This document shows positions 55,369 through 56,274 of a stretch of 56,274 nt of DNA, one piece after another. A program made the translations under genes and the position numbers. Numbering within the stretch: the stretch's first letter is position 1; every line of letters starts with the position of its first letter. This DNA comes from a virus (taxonomy: Duplodnaviria > Caudoviricetes). The notes under the pieces are model-generated. The model was not told the DNA's origin. It worked only from the letters and a program-made list of their open reading frames with translations, and made no database searches. The stretch covers positions 1 through 56,274 of IMG/VR virus record IMGVR_UViG_3300029258_003568; one strand, 5' to 3'.

Positions 55369-56274
55369 ATGAAGAGTTGGAGTGAATTGAACCGGGGAGC
55401 CAAGATTGGTCTCGTGTTGGGCGGTATTCTGGCTTTGGTCTTGGGAATCTTTCTGCTGACGCCGGATTATCAGGAGATGGGAGTTACCAACCTGTCCAGC
55501 CTGCACTTGAGCGATACTGGAGAGACGGCAACGCCGGTGCTGCTGGTGAATCAGGACGGTGCCGGCAAGGTGGTCGAATTCCAGGACGGTGGCACGCCGG
55601 TCTGGTCGTTGACCAATGGTGGCTCGGTAGAACAATCGGGTGGTCAAACGTACAGCAATTGGCTCCGAGTGGCAGCTCCGACGGCGATCGCGACGGCCAC
55701 GCCGGCGGTCGTGGTGGACAGCGCCGGTGTGTCAAATATCCTGGAGGTTCGAGACGGTGCAACGCCAGTGTGGTACGTGAGCAACGGCGGGACGTGGGTC
55801 TCAACAGGAGAAGGCACTCACAGCGGCGGCCAGACAGTCAACAATTGGAGTGAGGTCGCGGCGCCGACGGCGATCGCGACGGCCACGCCGGCGCTTGTGG
55901 TGGACAGCGCGGGGGTATCAAACATCCTGGAGGTTCGAGACGGTGCAACGCCAGTGTGGTACGTGAGCAATGGTGGGGACCTCGTCGCGGTAGGCGCATC
56001 GGACCTCCAGGGGAATCTCGGTGACAGCGGCGGTACTCTGACCGTCGCAGATGACCTGATGGTCGACGGAGCCGCCGACGCCACACAGCTGACTGTCCAG
56101 GGCCACACGACCCAAACGAACGATACACTTGTCGTAGAGCAGAGCGATGGCACTGATGTGTTCACTGTGGACGATAGTGGGAATATCGTTGTGGTTGGCA
56201 CCGGTGACCTGCAGGGAAATCTCAGTGATAGTGGTGGTACTCTGACCGTCGCAGATAACCTGATGGTCGACGGG
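55369..56274 (+). CDS. 5' part of the ~662-aa head fibre/decoration protein with N-terminal TM segment
   Basis: AAAGGAG RBS; MKSWSELNRGAKIGLVLGGILALVLGIFLL; internal 62-aa and 68-aa repeats; continues at position 1. Confidence 0.75.
   Translation, partial: MKSWSELNRGAKIGLVLGGILALVLGIFLLTPDYQEMGVTNLSSLHLSDTGETATPVLLVNQDGAGKVVEFQDGGTPVWSLTNGGSVEQSGGQTYSNWLRVAAPTAIATATPAVVVDSAGVSNILEVRDGATPVWYVSNGGTWVSTGEGTHSGGQTVNNWSEVAAPTAIATATPALVVDSAGVSNILEVRDGATPVWYVSNGGDLVAVGASDLQGNLGDSGGTLTVADDLMVDGAADATQLTVQGHTTQTNDTLVVEQSDGTDVFTVDDSGNIVVVGTGDLQGNLSDSGGTLTVADNLMVDG

Larger units (their letters stand above)
1..56274. mobile_element. Complete circular temperate tailed phage genome (siphovirus-like)
   Basis: Terminase, portal, capsid, tail tube, tape measure, integrase, repressors and DnaB all present; ends overlap by 144 bp and one ORF runs in frame across the junction. 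Confidence 0.95.

Noticed and set aside
56131-56274. 144-bp terminal repeat as a biological direct terminal repeat
   Set aside because: It falls mid-gene within a coding repeat region; best explained as assembler overlap, and a collapsed extra repeat unit cannot be excluded
1-56274. DGR, retron, CRISPR array, tRNA or IS elements
   Set aside because: No reverse transcriptase, template/variable repeat pair, spacer array, cloverleaf or transposase recognised by eye; tRNAscan and Infernal were not run

Overview
The window is an apparently complete, circularly assembled temperate tailed phage genome of about 56.1 kb with siphovirus-type genes. Bases 1-144 repeat as 56131-56274. The host is probably Chloroflexota (Anaerolineae-like), inferred only from a Pro/Thr-rich lipoprotein, a PEP-CTERM protein and high GC. 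Gene order: late operon (holin, TerS, TerL, portal, MuF, a 2H-phosphoesterase/protease/scaffold/capsid polyprotein, head-associated fibre genes, neck, glycosyltransferase, tail tube, frameshifted chaperone, tape measure, tail tip); candidate attP; leftward serine integrase, moron and lipoprotein; stacked divergent regulator pairs; a long rightward early operon. The most striking feature is a DNA-positioning module in the early operon: membrane protein, FtsK/SpoIIIE, tandem winged-helix protein, TubZ/RepX-like tubulin and a ParB-family CTPase, with no ParA. The ParB helix-turn-helix carries Noc-type specificity residues. The genome has four dispersed perfect copies of ATTTCCCGGGAAAT, the known Bacillus Noc-binding consensus, two of them just upstream of recombinase genes or their operon. 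Other highlights: a putative two-gene defence moron whose partner N-terminal domain recurs as a stand-alone gene in the lytic region (possible self-immunity decoy), an Acb1-like 2H phosphoesterase fused to the capsid polyprotein, a CHAT/caspase-like protease in the head module, a mini PEP-CTERM protein, and a repeated covarying RNA element with an anti-Shine-Dalgarno linker. All calls come from motifs read by eye; no database search was run.
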